Positions 1 to 8,617 of a DNA stretch of 30,795 nt are shown piece by piece (position 1 is the stretch's first letter; each line of letters starts with the position of its first letter). The DNA is taken from positions 1 to 30,795 of IMG/VR virus record IMGVR_UViG_3300050162_000031; one strand, written 5' to 3'. The translations under genes and the position numbers were made by a program. The notes beneath the pieces were generated by a model. That model made no database searches. It saw nothing but the letters and a program-made list of their open reading frames with translations, and was not told the DNA's origin. The DNA is from a virus (Duplodnaviria; Caudoviricetes).

Positions 1-88
1 GTTCTTCAGGCAGTCCGTTGTCAATCTTGAGCCGCATCGCTGTTGTAGATGCGCAAAACTCATCTAGGGTGAAGTGCTTGATTTCCAT
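1..88 (-). CDS. Endolysin, peptidase M15A-like (5' part only, runs off window)
   Basis: Not in the ORF track. ATG at 88 with GAGG upstream; translates MEIKHFTLDEFCASTTAMRLKIDNGLPEE, matching the 'HFTL.E...S.TA.R..IDN' N-terminus of phage M15 peptidase endolysins; follows two membrane proteins. Confidence 0.75.
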   Translation of the reverse strand, partial: MEIKHFTLDEFCASTTAMRLKIDNGLPEE

Positions 89-103
89 GGTGCCGCCTCG
101 TTG

Positions 104-349
104 CTATTTACAAACCTTCTGCGCCGTCCCCACGGCAAACGCAAGCATACCCCCGGCAAGAACAAGGCATGACGGGTCAACCCGATCCAATTGCATGACA
201 TGGTGAGCCAATGCGATATTGGCAAGGCATATTGCACCCATGCCGACCCGCTGCAAAAGGTTGTCGTTGAATCTCGGGTGCAGTGCCCCGATGGCACACA
301 TAGCGGCCACCACGGCGAGACAGAAGATACTAAGTGTGGCCACGGTCAC
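104..349 (-). CDS. Small membrane protein of the lysis cassette (holin/antiholin candidate)
   Basis: About three hydrophobic segments; GTG at 349 overlaps the upstream TGA (GTGA), preferred over the track start at 373. Confidence 0.6.
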   Translation of the reverse strand: MTVATLSIFCLAVVAAMCAIGALHPRFNDNLLQRVGMGAICLANIALAHHVMQLDRVDPSCLVLAGGMLAFAVGTAQKVCK

Positions 350-663
350 ACCCCCAGCTTGGAGCGCACCCATTGCGTGATGGCCCCACCAATTTCGGCG
401 GCATTGATCGCGGCAAAACCCTCGTAGGCTTTGGAGGCAATCGACATACCAAACAGGCCGAAGACAAACCCGGCCAGGCCAACGAGGTCAACCGACCCCA
501 TCCAAACTGCTGCGGGTTTTGCCGCGTAGTAACTCATCACAGCGCCCCCCACGGCCATCACGATTCGGCGGCGAGATTCGCCAGCCGTGAAAAAGTATGA
601 CAGCGCGGCGCCAGATGCGCCCGGCACGGCGTCTCTTATTTCGGGGGGGATGTCGAGGGGCAT
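346..663 (-). CDS. Putative holin
   Basis: 105 aa, 2-3 hydrophobic segments, basic C-terminus (VRSKLGV), first gene of the lysis cassette. Confidence 0.65.
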   Translation of the reverse strand: MPLDIPPEIRDAVPGASGAALSYFFTAGESRRRIVMAVGGAVMSYYAAKPAAVWMGSVDLVGLAGFVFGLFGMSIASKAYEGFAAINAAEIGGAITQWVRSKLGV

Positions 664-704
664 GGGGGGATTCTAGCGCGACATTGTGAGGTTTGTCACA
701 AACC
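664..704 (-). promoter_or_regulatory. Lysis-cassette promoter (-10 TAGAAT, leaderless) overlapped by TGTGA-N6-TCACA and a palindrome
   Basis: TAGAAT at 675-670, then CCCCCC, then ATG, no SD; TGTGA ggtttg TCACA at 685-700; GGTTTGT-C-ACAAACC at 690-704. Confidence 0.5.
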
Positions 705-722
705 ATCCTGCATAATCCGACA

Positions 723-1388
723 TCAGGTTTTGATACAGGCCAGAAGGGCGATGTTTCGGGGGCGGGTTTCAGATCCGCCTGCGACGCTGGTAGACCGGAA
801 TTCAGCCCCACCTCGGTCCGTTTGTGCAACGTTCGCACCAGCATTTGTGCCAGCTTGAGTGGATATCGTATGGCTATGCGCTTCAAAAGCATCATCCTGC
901 CAACTACCCATCGCTCGCCCAGCATCAACCCCCCGCCCATCATCCCACCCACGGGGAAACTCGCCGCGCATATCGGGAAGGGTAAATGTCGTAGATCCAT
1001 CACCCACACCGAAAGTCGTCCCAATGGCTGCGAACAGGGCAGCATAAGTGGTACGGCTGACGTTGGCCCCGTCGGCTTTAAGCCAACCTGATGGGGCGGT
1101 GCTGCGGGCAAAAAACGCGACCTCGCCAGGCGACTGCCCGGATGGGATCATCGTAGAGATCAGCGCCTTAATCGCCGCCCCCGTCGCACTCTTATCCGCC
1201 GACCCCTGCCGCACCAAAAACAGGTCAGAGTCCGACAGCGACGACGCCGAAGCCAGATCGGACAAAGTGGCCTTTGTGGCGCCCAACTTGCTGACAATGG
1301 TCGATTCGCTAGAGGCCAGCGAGAGCAGCGCAGCCTGCTGCGCGATCAGTGCCCGCAATTGGGCTTCTTCGGTCGTGGTCAATGCCAT
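723..1388 (-). CDS. Short tail fibre protein with phage tail collar domain
   Basis: GEVAFFARSTAPSGWLKADGANVSRTTYAALFAAIGTTFG...LPDMRGEFPRGWDDGRGVD and the terminal ETRPRNIALLACIK are the typical collar-domain fibre signature. Confidence 0.9.
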   Translation of the reverse strand: MALTTTEEAQLRALIAQQAALLSLASSESTIVSKLGATKATLSDLASASSLSDSDLFLVRQGSADKSATGAAIKALISTMIPSGQSPGEVAFFARSTAPSGWLKADGANVSRTTYAALFAAIGTTFGVGDGSTTFTLPDMRGEFPRGWDDGRGVDAGRAMGSWQDDAFEAHSHTISTQAGTNAGANVAQTDRGGAEFRSTSVAGGSETRPRNIALLACIKT

Positions 1389-1835
1389 TTAGATTTCTCC
1401 GAACTGGCGCGACATGGCCAGAACAACAGTATTGGAGCTGCCGCCCACAATGGGCTGATTGCCGCCCGTAGTGGCCGTGCCGAGTGTGAGCGTGGCGCTT
1501 GCCACCACCTTGAGCGTATGCACGTCGGACAGTGCGCCTTTGTATCCGATGGCGACGAGGTATTTGTTCGGGTCGTCGCGGTCGAATGCCTCAAGCCGGA
1601 TCACCGAATTGGCAACCTTGAACAAACCCAAACCCGCCGACGTGCCCACCACATCGCGATTGGCAAGGCGAAACAGTTTCTGCATCAACCAATTGAACCA
1701 CTGCGCGGGCAGTGGCTGCCCACGCGCCCCAGAGGTTTCCGGCACAAAACCAGACGCCAGCACAGCATCAGGAGGCTGGCCTACATTCTGCTGCCCGTCC
1801 GGGTAGCTGACGTATGTCTCTGCAAAACTGGTCAT
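1389..1835 (-). CDS. Tail fibre attachment/proximal fibre protein
   Basis: GFVP...GQPLPAQWFNWL resembles the baseplate-anchoring N-terminus of myovirus fibres; lies between wedge and collar genes. Confidence 0.6.
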   Translation of the reverse strand: MTSFAETYVSYPDGQQNVGQPPDAVLASGFVPETSGARGQPLPAQWFNWLMQKLFRLANRDVVGTSAGLGLFKVANSVIRLEAFDRDDPNKYLVAIGYKGALSDVHTLKVVASATLTLGTATTGGNQPIVGGSSNTVVLAMSRQFGEI

Positions 1836-2557
1836 TGATAAACGCCCGTCAAGTGATATTGACCCAGCGGGGTCGAAGTGTTCGGATTATATACCGCAAG
1901 CGTCCCTACCCCAATATCGAGATACATGCCGCCTACGTCCAATTCGGACGGCACCAACCCACCAATACCCGGCCCAGAAGTGGCATTTGACAAGCCCGTG
2001 ACCTGCAAATCCGCGCCAGTGGCGGTCATATATTGCCCGTTCACGAACAGTTCCGACAGCCCAGTAGCTCGGCCTGTCCGCATGGGCTTGGCAAGGTAGG
2101 ACACGGCCACGGGCACGGTCGAGATACCCGCAGGCGAGATGCCCTGAATCTCGGTCTGGATGGACTGACTGACCGCATAGCCGTCCGTGAACAGCATCGC
2201 CCCGGCTGGCTTGAACTCCAGATATTGGCAGTCGGTGGGGTCGGTCAGAAACCGCAAACCCTTGATCAAATCCGAAGGCGTGCCCCGGCTGGTATTGGCA
2301 AAGATGCGGTACTTGATCCCAAGCCGATAGAGGTCATCGGTGCGACCCTTGCGCGGCTCACCCACAATGGCTCCGCAGCCGTCAAGCTGCTTTCCTTCGG
2401 CCGTGTCAATCCATCGCTTTGTCTTGAGGTCGTCGGCCGTGGACTCCAGATCGGCAAGCGTGGACACGATGGCCTGCACCAGTGCGCGCAGCTTGGGCGA
2501 CTCCCCAAACTGGCCCGTCAGCCGGTCTACCGCGATGGTCTGATAGTCCAGCATCAC
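1832..2557 (-). CDS. Baseplate wedge protein (DUF2612 / P2 gpI-like)
   Basis: IDTAEGKQLDGCGAIVGEPR...DDLYR motif; directly follows baseplate J. Confidence 0.8.
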   Translation of the reverse strand: MMLDYQTIAVDRLTGQFGESPKLRALVQAIVSTLADLESTADDLKTKRWIDTAEGKQLDGCGAIVGEPRKGRTDDLYRLGIKYRIFANTSRGTPSDLIKGLRFLTDPTDCQYLEFKPAGAMLFTDGYAVSQSIQTEIQGISPAGISTVPVAVSYLAKPMRTGRATGLSELFVNGQYMTATGADLQVTGLSNATSGPGIGGLVPSELDVGGMYLDIGVGTLAVYNPNTSTPLGQYHLTGVYQ

Positions 2558-3981
2558 ACCCCCACGACAGTGATACGGGCACTGTCAAACGCCGCCAGCG
2601 ACGTGCGGCCCACCGGGACGTTCGCCGTGGTATAGCTCGGCGTGTCGGTGGCTGCATCGGTGATCGCGGCCTCGACCGTGATCGAGCCGATACCCGATGT
2701 GGCGCTGTAGATCGGGCCGAAATAGCGTTGCGTGATGATGTCCTCACCCACAGACTGCGCCTGCCCCGTGGTCAGCACCGCCGTGCGGATGGCCGTCGCA
2801 GCGGATTCGGTCAGGGTTTCTTCAGGGTATAGCACGTTGACGCTAACCCGAATCCATGCGTATTTCGTGGTCGCCCGCGAGAAAGACACGCTTTGCGCGT
2901 CCCCGTTGTCGTCCGTCACGGCAACCGTGACCGCGCCGTAAGTCTCAATGCTTGCGGGCTTGACTTCCCACAGCTTGTCACCAATAGCCGAATCCGAACC
3001 GCCAGACACCACCACCTGCACAGCATGGGCGGGTAATCCGTCCGAGTCTACGGCCGCCGTGCGGTTTTCGTACACGGCGACATAGGACACCGAATCCACT
3101 TCTTGCAAGATGCGCGACCGGATCGCTTGCACCGTAGCGGCCCCGCTCACGCGGGTGCTTTCAGCGTGGCGAATGCGCAGTTCAGCGTCGGTTTCAACCG
3201 CCTGGCCCGTGGCACCGGCCGCCAGGTTATTGACCGCGCCCCAGCCGCTAATTGCCGTGCTGATCGAAGACAGGGCACCGATGGGCAAAGCCACCGCGCC
3301 CGTTTCCGTGCACACAAACCCCGCAGGCGTGCCGATTTTGGAGATGGTCAGTTTGCTGTCAACCGTCAGGGTAAAAGCCGACTTGCCATCTTTCGCACGC
3401 AGCGACAAGACCGCGCCGCTGGTCGTGGCGGTGTAGAGGTCAGAATCAAACAGCGCCGCAAGGCCCGCCGCGATCTCCGCTCCGGTGGCCGTGGGGTCAG
3501 ACGTGAAAGTCACCGCCACGCCCCCCGCGATCACTTGGTAGGTCGCATTGTTGGTGATCGTGATGACCGTGATGTCACAGTCCGTCACGCTAGACCGGCT
3601 AATCACCATGTCCGCTTCGGTGGCATACGTATTGCCATCCAGCGCCGTAGCCGTGGCGCCAACCGGGATCAGCGTGCCTTCGGTGCCGTAGCACACGCCC
3701 ACCGCCGTGGTGGCCGTCGCGCCAAGCCGTTGCAGGCCCACAAAAGACACAGCGCCATCTAGGCTCGTGTCTTCGGCACTGCCGGGGTACATTGCATCGT
3801 AATTGTCCTGCAGCGCCTCGTAAGCATCATCCAGCGCGGCCGAGAAAATGCCGATGATCTGACCCACTACCGCATCCGCGCCGGTGTTGACCGGGCCGAG
3901 CGCGTCCGTGAATTTCTGATCGTAGTCCGCTTTGATTTCGGCCAGGCGGGGGCGGGTGAAGCCGGTAGATGTGAGGGTCAT
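2554..3981 (-). CDS. Baseplate J / Mu gp47-like wedge protein
   Basis: LTSTGFTRPRLAEI N-terminus, 'G.AVETDAELRIR' and 'VYENRT...DGLPAHAV' motifs; position. Confidence 0.9.
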   Translation of the reverse strand: MTLTSTGFTRPRLAEIKADYDQKFTDALGPVNTGADAVVGQIIGIFSAALDDAYEALQDNYDAMYPGSAEDTSLDGAVSFVGLQRLGATATTAVGVCYGTEGTLIPVGATATALDGNTYATEADMVISRSSVTDCDITVITITNNATYQVIAGGVAVTFTSDPTATGAEIAAGLAALFDSDLYTATTSGAVLSLRAKDGKSAFTLTVDSKLTISKIGTPAGFVCTETGAVALPIGALSSISTAISGWGAVNNLAAGATGQAVETDAELRIRHAESTRVSGAATVQAIRSRILQEVDSVSYVAVYENRTAAVDSDGLPAHAVQVVVSGGSDSAIGDKLWEVKPASIETYGAVTVAVTDDNGDAQSVSFSRATTKYAWIRVSVNVLYPEETLTESAATAIRTAVLTTGQAQSVGEDIITQRYFGPIYSATSGIGSITVEAAITDAATDTPSYTTANVPVGRTSLAAFDSARITVVGV

Positions 3982-4325
3982 GATTGGTATTCGATGATGC
4001 CGTAAGGTGTTTTGGCCTCAAAAGAAACCAATAAGCTTCTCGCCTGCCGGTCAAAGGTATACGAAAACGAGGTAATCGCCTGCACCCCATCCACCTCAAG
4101 AATGGATTTCTTCAGAGCCGTGATCGCGCCGGACAGCGTGAGTTGTTTTCCCAAAATGGATTGCAAATATGGCGTGCCAAACTCGGTATCAAGAAACCAT
4201 TCACCGCGCCACAATTTCAGCTTGATAAGCAGTTGCTGCCCTACCGCATTGGCGTCCGTGACCAGACGCAAATCCAGCGAGGACACGTCGAGGTCATGGT
4301 TAGAGTCAAGCGCAAAATCTGACAT
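3978..4325 (-). CDS. Baseplate gp25/gpW-like sheath initiator
   Basis: LKLWRGEWFLDTEFGTPY motif; lies between spike and baseplate J. Confidence 0.8.
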   Translation of the reverse strand: MSDFALDSNHDLDVSSLDLRLVTDANAVGQQLLIKLKLWRGEWFLDTEFGTPYLQSILGKQLTLSGAITALKKSILEVDGVQAITSFSYTFDRQARSLLVSFEAKTPYGIIEYQS

Positions 4326-4340
4326 ACGGCCATTCTATCA
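4326..4340 (-). promoter_or_regulatory. Extended -10 promoter, predicted leaderless transcript
   Basis: TGa-TAGAAT-ggccgt-ATG; no SD in the 12-nt gap. Confidence 0.5.
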
Positions 4341-4964
4341 AATAGGGGGGGTCGTGGTAGAGCCAGTTTCGTTGTGCCGGTGATTGACCAGCGACTTACC
4401 CGCAGCAGTCACATCCGTGGCAAACGATGCCGTAGCTGTCCCACCGCCCATCGGGGCGCCTTGCGTGATCGCGGCATTCAGGGTAAGCAATGGCGCATTG
4501 ATCGCCAGCCCGCCAGGCGCATTCAGCGCCATCGCCCCACCCGGCAGAATCTGCACATTGGCCGCGCCGTAGTACATGGTCAGGCTGGTATTGTCCGTCG
4601 CTGCGCCGGTATTGCCGAGGTCGCACATGACAGCATGACAATCGCTCAGGTCAAACATCCGCCGGTCGTCTGTGCCATCGGTGGCCTGCTGCGAAAACAC
4701 CAGCAAGCACCGGTCGCCGGGCATCACCGGGCCTTTGATGCCAGCTTGGCCGCCCGCAAAAGTAGGCCAGCACACGCGAGCGTCGTGGATGATGGGGTAA
4801 TCCAGCGCGTCGCCATCGGCGAATCTCTTTTTCCCCGTGGGCTGCACGCTGGCCCGGCCATTGGCATAGGAAACCACTACGCCGGGCAGGCAGGTATTCA
4901 CGTCCAGCAGTTGCGCCTGCACCAGCGACAAAAGCGCATCCACCACGCTCGTATTTTCAGCCAT
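4338..4964 (-). CDS. Baseplate central spike (Gp138-like)
   Basis: VNTCLPGVVVSY, PVMPGDRCLLVFSQ and RMFDLSD motifs; C-terminal HRH metal-binding tip; ATG at 4964 overlaps the upstream TGA. Confidence 0.85.
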   Translation of the reverse strand: MAENTSVVDALLSLVQAQLLDVNTCLPGVVVSYANGRASVQPTGKKRFADGDALDYPIIHDARVCWPTFAGGQAGIKGPVMPGDRCLLVFSQQATDGTDDRRMFDLSDCHAVMCDLGNTGAATDNTSLTMYYGAANVQILPGGAMALNAPGGLAINAPLLTLNAAITQGAPMGGGTATASFATDVTAAGKSLVNHRHNETGSTTTPPI

Positions 4965-5884
4965 CAGACAAACCTCAACGTCAATTCTGTGTACCAATCT
5001 TTGCCATGAGTATCACCGGAATGCACCACTTCTTCGACCCGGAAAAACTGCCCGTCGATGCCCGCGCTTTTGATTTGCACGTATCCGCCAGGCTCAACCG
5101 TGGGCTGCAAAAGGCTTTTGACCTTGTAGCCATCAACGTGCAATACGCGCTTCATGGTGCCGTTATCGTCACGTTTCAGAGTCTCACGCACGCCCTTCTG
5201 TTTGGACGTGATGCCCTCTTTTGCAGCAGCCTTGTCGGTCATGGTTTTGGACTCAAGCATGGGCGAACCCACCATGCCCGAATCCGGCGAGAGCACAATG
5301 GCACGCTTTTGGAAAACCCCGCCCTTTTTGACGATCTGGATTTCTCGATTCTGAATCGACCACTCAAGCCCGAGGTACTGGCAAGCCTTGTCCATCGCAT
5401 CCCGCACCCGGCCCACAAAGGCAAAGCCGCTTGGGTATTGGCGCGACTCCACACCGGCCGGGAAAGACCGCACTGGCAGGCCAAAACGGCCTGCTATGTC
5501 ACGCAAAACCGTGGGGGCGGCTACGCCCTTGCCGAATGATATGGACGCCTTGCCGTCCCGGAATTCAGCCAGGCCATCCTGCATTTCTAGCTCAGTGATC
5601 CAGTCCGGGCCTTCGCGCAGCGTGAGTGCGCGGGTCACGTCACCCGCAAAAATCTGCACGGCCCCGAGGTCTTGTTTGTAGCCAGCTTTCAGCACCAGCA
5701 CATTGCCGATCGCCTCAATCTGGCGCCGGGTTTCGGGGGCGGCGTTCCAGATCCGCAGCGTGCATTTGTTCGGGCTTTTTGTGGCGCCCTTTTGGATCGA
5801 GAAGGCAAAGCGTAGCCCCGCAAGCTCCTTGCCCTGCTTGCCCTCTTTACCGATGACAAGTGACGCTACCCGATCAAACAGCAT
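4964..5884 (-). CDS. Baseplate hub protein (T4 gp27/Mu gpP-like)
   Basis: 306 aa; 'LRIWN', 'LKAGY', 'WSIQN' and 'HSGDTHG..WYTEL' motifs; precedes the spike. Confidence 0.8.
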   Translation of the reverse strand: MLFDRVASLVIGKEGKQGKELAGLRFAFSIQKGATKSPNKCTLRIWNAAPETRRQIEAIGNVLVLKAGYKQDLGAVQIFAGDVTRALTLREGPDWITELEMQDGLAEFRDGKASISFGKGVAAPTVLRDIAGRFGLPVRSFPAGVESRQYPSGFAFVGRVRDAMDKACQYLGLEWSIQNREIQIVKKGGVFQKRAIVLSPDSGMVGSPMLESKTMTDKAAAKEGITSKQKGVRETLKRDDNGTMKRVLHVDGYKVKSLLQPTVEPGGYVQIKSAGIDGQFFRVEEVVHSGDTHGKDWYTELTLRFV

Positions 5885-6325
5885 TTACATGTCCCACGTT
5901 GTAGCGCCCGCGTCCCACTCGGTCAGGCCCGAATCCCACAGCGTGCCGATGGTGGCCGATGTTTCGGCGGCGATCACGTTGATAGCAGGGGCCGATGCGA
6001 TGGCATCGGGTTCGTAGTAGTACAAATTGACGTTGACGCCCAGCTCGTCGAAACCCGGCCGCGTGTTGGTGCCACTCTCACGAATCGCCATGAGTTGCCC
6101 AGTTGGCAGGCGGGTGTCTTGGTACCGCATCAGCATCGGGTAGTTTTCAACCAGCTTGATGCCCTGCACAATCGGGGTTTCGTCAGCCTCGAAAAGCGAC
6201 AGCGACCAGTAGCTGAAACGCACGTTCCACGTCAACCGGATGCGGTAGGGGTTGTCGCTCAGGGTTGTGGAAAAGACCTGATCTGGTGTTTCCGTCGAGA
6301 CGGCCAATTTGTATAGCGTCGTCAT
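5885..6325 (-). CDS. Small baseplate-associated virion protein
   Basis: QVFSTTL...YRIRLTWN.R..YWSLSL pattern and position between tube initiator and hub. Confidence 0.65.
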   Translation of the reverse strand: MTTLYKLAVSTETPDQVFSTTLSDNPYRIRLTWNVRFSYWSLSLFEADETPIVQGIKLVENYPMLMRYQDTRLPTGQLMAIRESGTNTRPGFDELGVNVNLYYYEPDAIASAPAINVIAAETSATIGTLWDSGLTEWDAGATTWDM

Positions 6326-6966
6326 TTCATGAGGTCCGAAAAGGTCTGTTTGGCGAAGTCCAGTGCCGCCTTGCCGCCGACACTTGCAATCGACGTAGGC
6401 GCCTTGACCACCGGGTCAGTTTTGCCCGTGTCCTTTTTAGGCTCGGCCTTTTTCGACGTGGCACCAGACTTCGACGCGCTTTTCGCACTGATCCCCTTGG
6501 GCACGTCTACGGTCTGGGTCTGCACAAACCGGATTGCCACAAACTCGGCAGAAAACTCGATGGCCTCCCCGGTCTGCGACGTGCGCGGGATTTCCACGTT
6601 GGTCAGCACCATGTCGGAATATACCGCGTGCTTGGTATATACCGTCACGGGCTCCCGCGCCTTGATGAGCTTGTAAAGAAGTTCAAACACCGGCTGCGTG
6701 CGGCTGCCCGCGTCCGTCGTGCCGATGGTGCCCGCAAGCTCGGGCGAGATCGTCAAAGGTGTGTCAGACACAAACCCACGGATTCTCAGCTTGTCGGATT
6801 GCTCGATCACATGATCGGCCACCGGGGCGCCTGTTTCGACCGGATTCTCGGTCGCCTGCGCTTGCCACTGGTGGCTTTCCTCTAGATTGGCGTCTAGCTC
6901 CACGTTCCCATAGTCGTTGCCGAACATGGTTGTAAACTGCGCACCCCCAAACAGCAAACCGATCAT
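6322..6966 (-). CDS. Tail tube initiator / Dit-like baseplate protein
   Basis: EESH...ATENPVETGAPVADHVI motif; immediately after the tape measure. Confidence 0.75.
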   Translation of the reverse strand: MIGLLFGGAQFTTMFGNDYGNVELDANLEESHQWQAQATENPVETGAPVADHVIEQSDKLRIRGFVSDTPLTISPELAGTIGTTDAGSRTQPVFELLYKLIKAREPVTVYTKHAVYSDMVLTNVEIPRTSQTGEAIEFSAEFVAIRFVQTQTVDVPKGISAKSASKSGATSKKAEPKKDTGKTDPVVKAPTSIASVGGKAALDFAKQTFSDLMK

Positions 6967-8375
6967 GGTGCGTACACTCCCAAATCACCGGCCAGGTTTT
7001 TGTTGACCTGTCCGAAGGCGGATTGCGCCGCTTGGCTGAAAAATTGGGTATCTGTGGGGGATGTGCCGAGGGGGACTGTGAGGTTGACCGTTGTCTGAGC
7101 CATGATGCTGCGCGGCTGCGCTGACCCCGGTAGCGTCAATGCCTGCCCCGGTGCGGCACTGTAGGCGGCTGCCATATTGGCCCCTTTGATCTGATCAATG
7201 CCCCTCTGGATCTGCGACGTGTCAAGCGTGAAGACGCCGCCCAGCACGTTGCCAACGCCCGCGAACTTGGTTCGCACCCACTCTGCAAAATCCTTTAGCG
7301 TCTGCCACGTTTCCTCGATCTTTACCTTGAACACAGCCCACGGCCCGAGGAACTGCCCAATAACCGACTCCCCCCCCTTCAGCCACGAATACAGGTCATC
7401 CAGCGCGAGTGCGACTAGCCCGATGGTCAGGATCATGGGCAACATCGCCACCACTGCGGCCACCGCGCCCGCGATAAACGGCGCAGCCCATGCGGTAGCG
7501 GCCACGCCGATGGCAATCAGGGCGAATCTGACGACGTTAGAAAACCCGTTGAATTTTGCGCCGAGCCAATCGACCCCGTCCGCGATGCTGTCAAATCCCG
7601 AAAGGATGAAATTCGCGATGCGGGTGATGAACATGGATTCTCGATCCAGATGCTCAATCATGCGCGACCACTTGACGCCGATGATATTCATGGCATCACC
7701 CACGCCCAGAGGCATTTTCAGCATCTGGTCCATGAAGTAATCGTGCATTTTCTTGGTGGCTTCGATGACCGCCTTACTGGTCAACTTGCCCTCACTGGCC
7801 ATCTTCTTGAGCTGTTCCCGTGGGATGCCCAGTGTCTCGGCGAGCTTGTCCAAGTATTGCGGGGCTGCCTCGGCCATAGAACGGAATTCGTCGCCCTGCA
7901 AAACACCAGAGCCCAGAGCCTGGGTGAATTGCAGCATGGCCGCACTGGCCTCGGCCGTCGAAGCCTTCCCCACCACAAGCGCCGCCGAGATGGTATCGGT
8001 GACCGCCAGCAGACTTTCTTGGTCTGTGATGTAGTTCTTGGCTGCGTTGCCAATGCGGGCATATGCGGCGCCATAGATTTCTGCACTTTGACGGGTCAAG
8101 ATGGCGTGTTCATACACCTGATCCAGCGCGGCAGTCGCATCCCCCACAGTCTGCGGCAGCATCCCAATGCGCGCCCGCAGGCTTTGCATCTCGTCGCCAA
8201 TGGCGATAACCGACTTGACAGCAGCCCCACCAGCCAGCGCGAAGAAGATATTGCGAATGGCATCGGCCGCACGATCCGCACGATCCCGCAAGCCGTCTAC
8301 AGCCTTCTCGCCTTGGCCCAGGGTCGTGCCATCGACCTTAAACCCAAGCTTCGTAATCAACTCCCGCACAATCAT
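6963..8375 (-). CDS. Tape measure protein (470 aa)
   Basis: QFTQALGSGVLQGDEFRSMAEAAP and LKKMASEGKLTS tape-measure motifs; hydrophobic C-terminal segment; position. Confidence 0.92.
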   Translation of the reverse strand: MIVRELITKLGFKVDGTTLGQGEKAVDGLRDRADRAADAIRNIFFALAGGAAVKSVIAIGDEMQSLRARIGMLPQTVGDATAALDQVYEHAILTRQSAEIYGAAYARIGNAAKNYITDQESLLAVTDTISAALVVGKASTAEASAAMLQFTQALGSGVLQGDEFRSMAEAAPQYLDKLAETLGIPREQLKKMASEGKLTSKAVIEATKKMHDYFMDQMLKMPLGVGDAMNIIGVKWSRMIEHLDRESMFITRIANFILSGFDSIADGVDWLGAKFNGFSNVVRFALIAIGVAATAWAAPFIAGAVAAVVAMLPMILTIGLVALALDDLYSWLKGGESVIGQFLGPWAVFKVKIEETWQTLKDFAEWVRTKFAGVGNVLGGVFTLDTSQIQRGIDQIKGANMAAAYSAAPGQALTLPGSAQPRSIMAQTTVNLTVPLGTSPTDTQFFSQAAQSAFGQVNKNLAGDLGVYAP

Positions 8376-8617
8376 GGCTTCTTCACCTGTTCCATTTCGA
8401 TGTCGGATTGCATGTCAAGCAGTGCATTGAGCTTCTTCAAATCATCCACTGTTGCCACGCCTTCCTTGACTTCTTTCATGGTTACTTTGCCAGCCAGAAT
8501 CGGCCGCCATATCCACAATTCTTCCGAGAGCGCCGGGGCCAACTCCCCCGGAATGCTTACTTCTTCACGGCGCCGATTTGATTTCCAAAGCGGCCCATCA
8601 GCGCCGAGAAAAAAGGG
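8372..8617 (-). CDS. -1 frameshift extension of the tail assembly chaperone (lambda gpGT-like)
   Basis: Not in the ORF track. The -1 frame is open from the slippery run to a TGA overlapping the TMP ATG; encodes ...EELWIWRPILAGKVTMKEVKEGVATVDDLKKLNALLDMQSDIEMEQVKKP. Confidence 0.75.
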   Translation of the reverse strand, partial: PFFLGADGPLWKSNRRREEVSIPGELAPALSEELWIWRPILAGKVTMKEVKEGVATVDDLKKLNALLDMQSDIEMEQVKKP

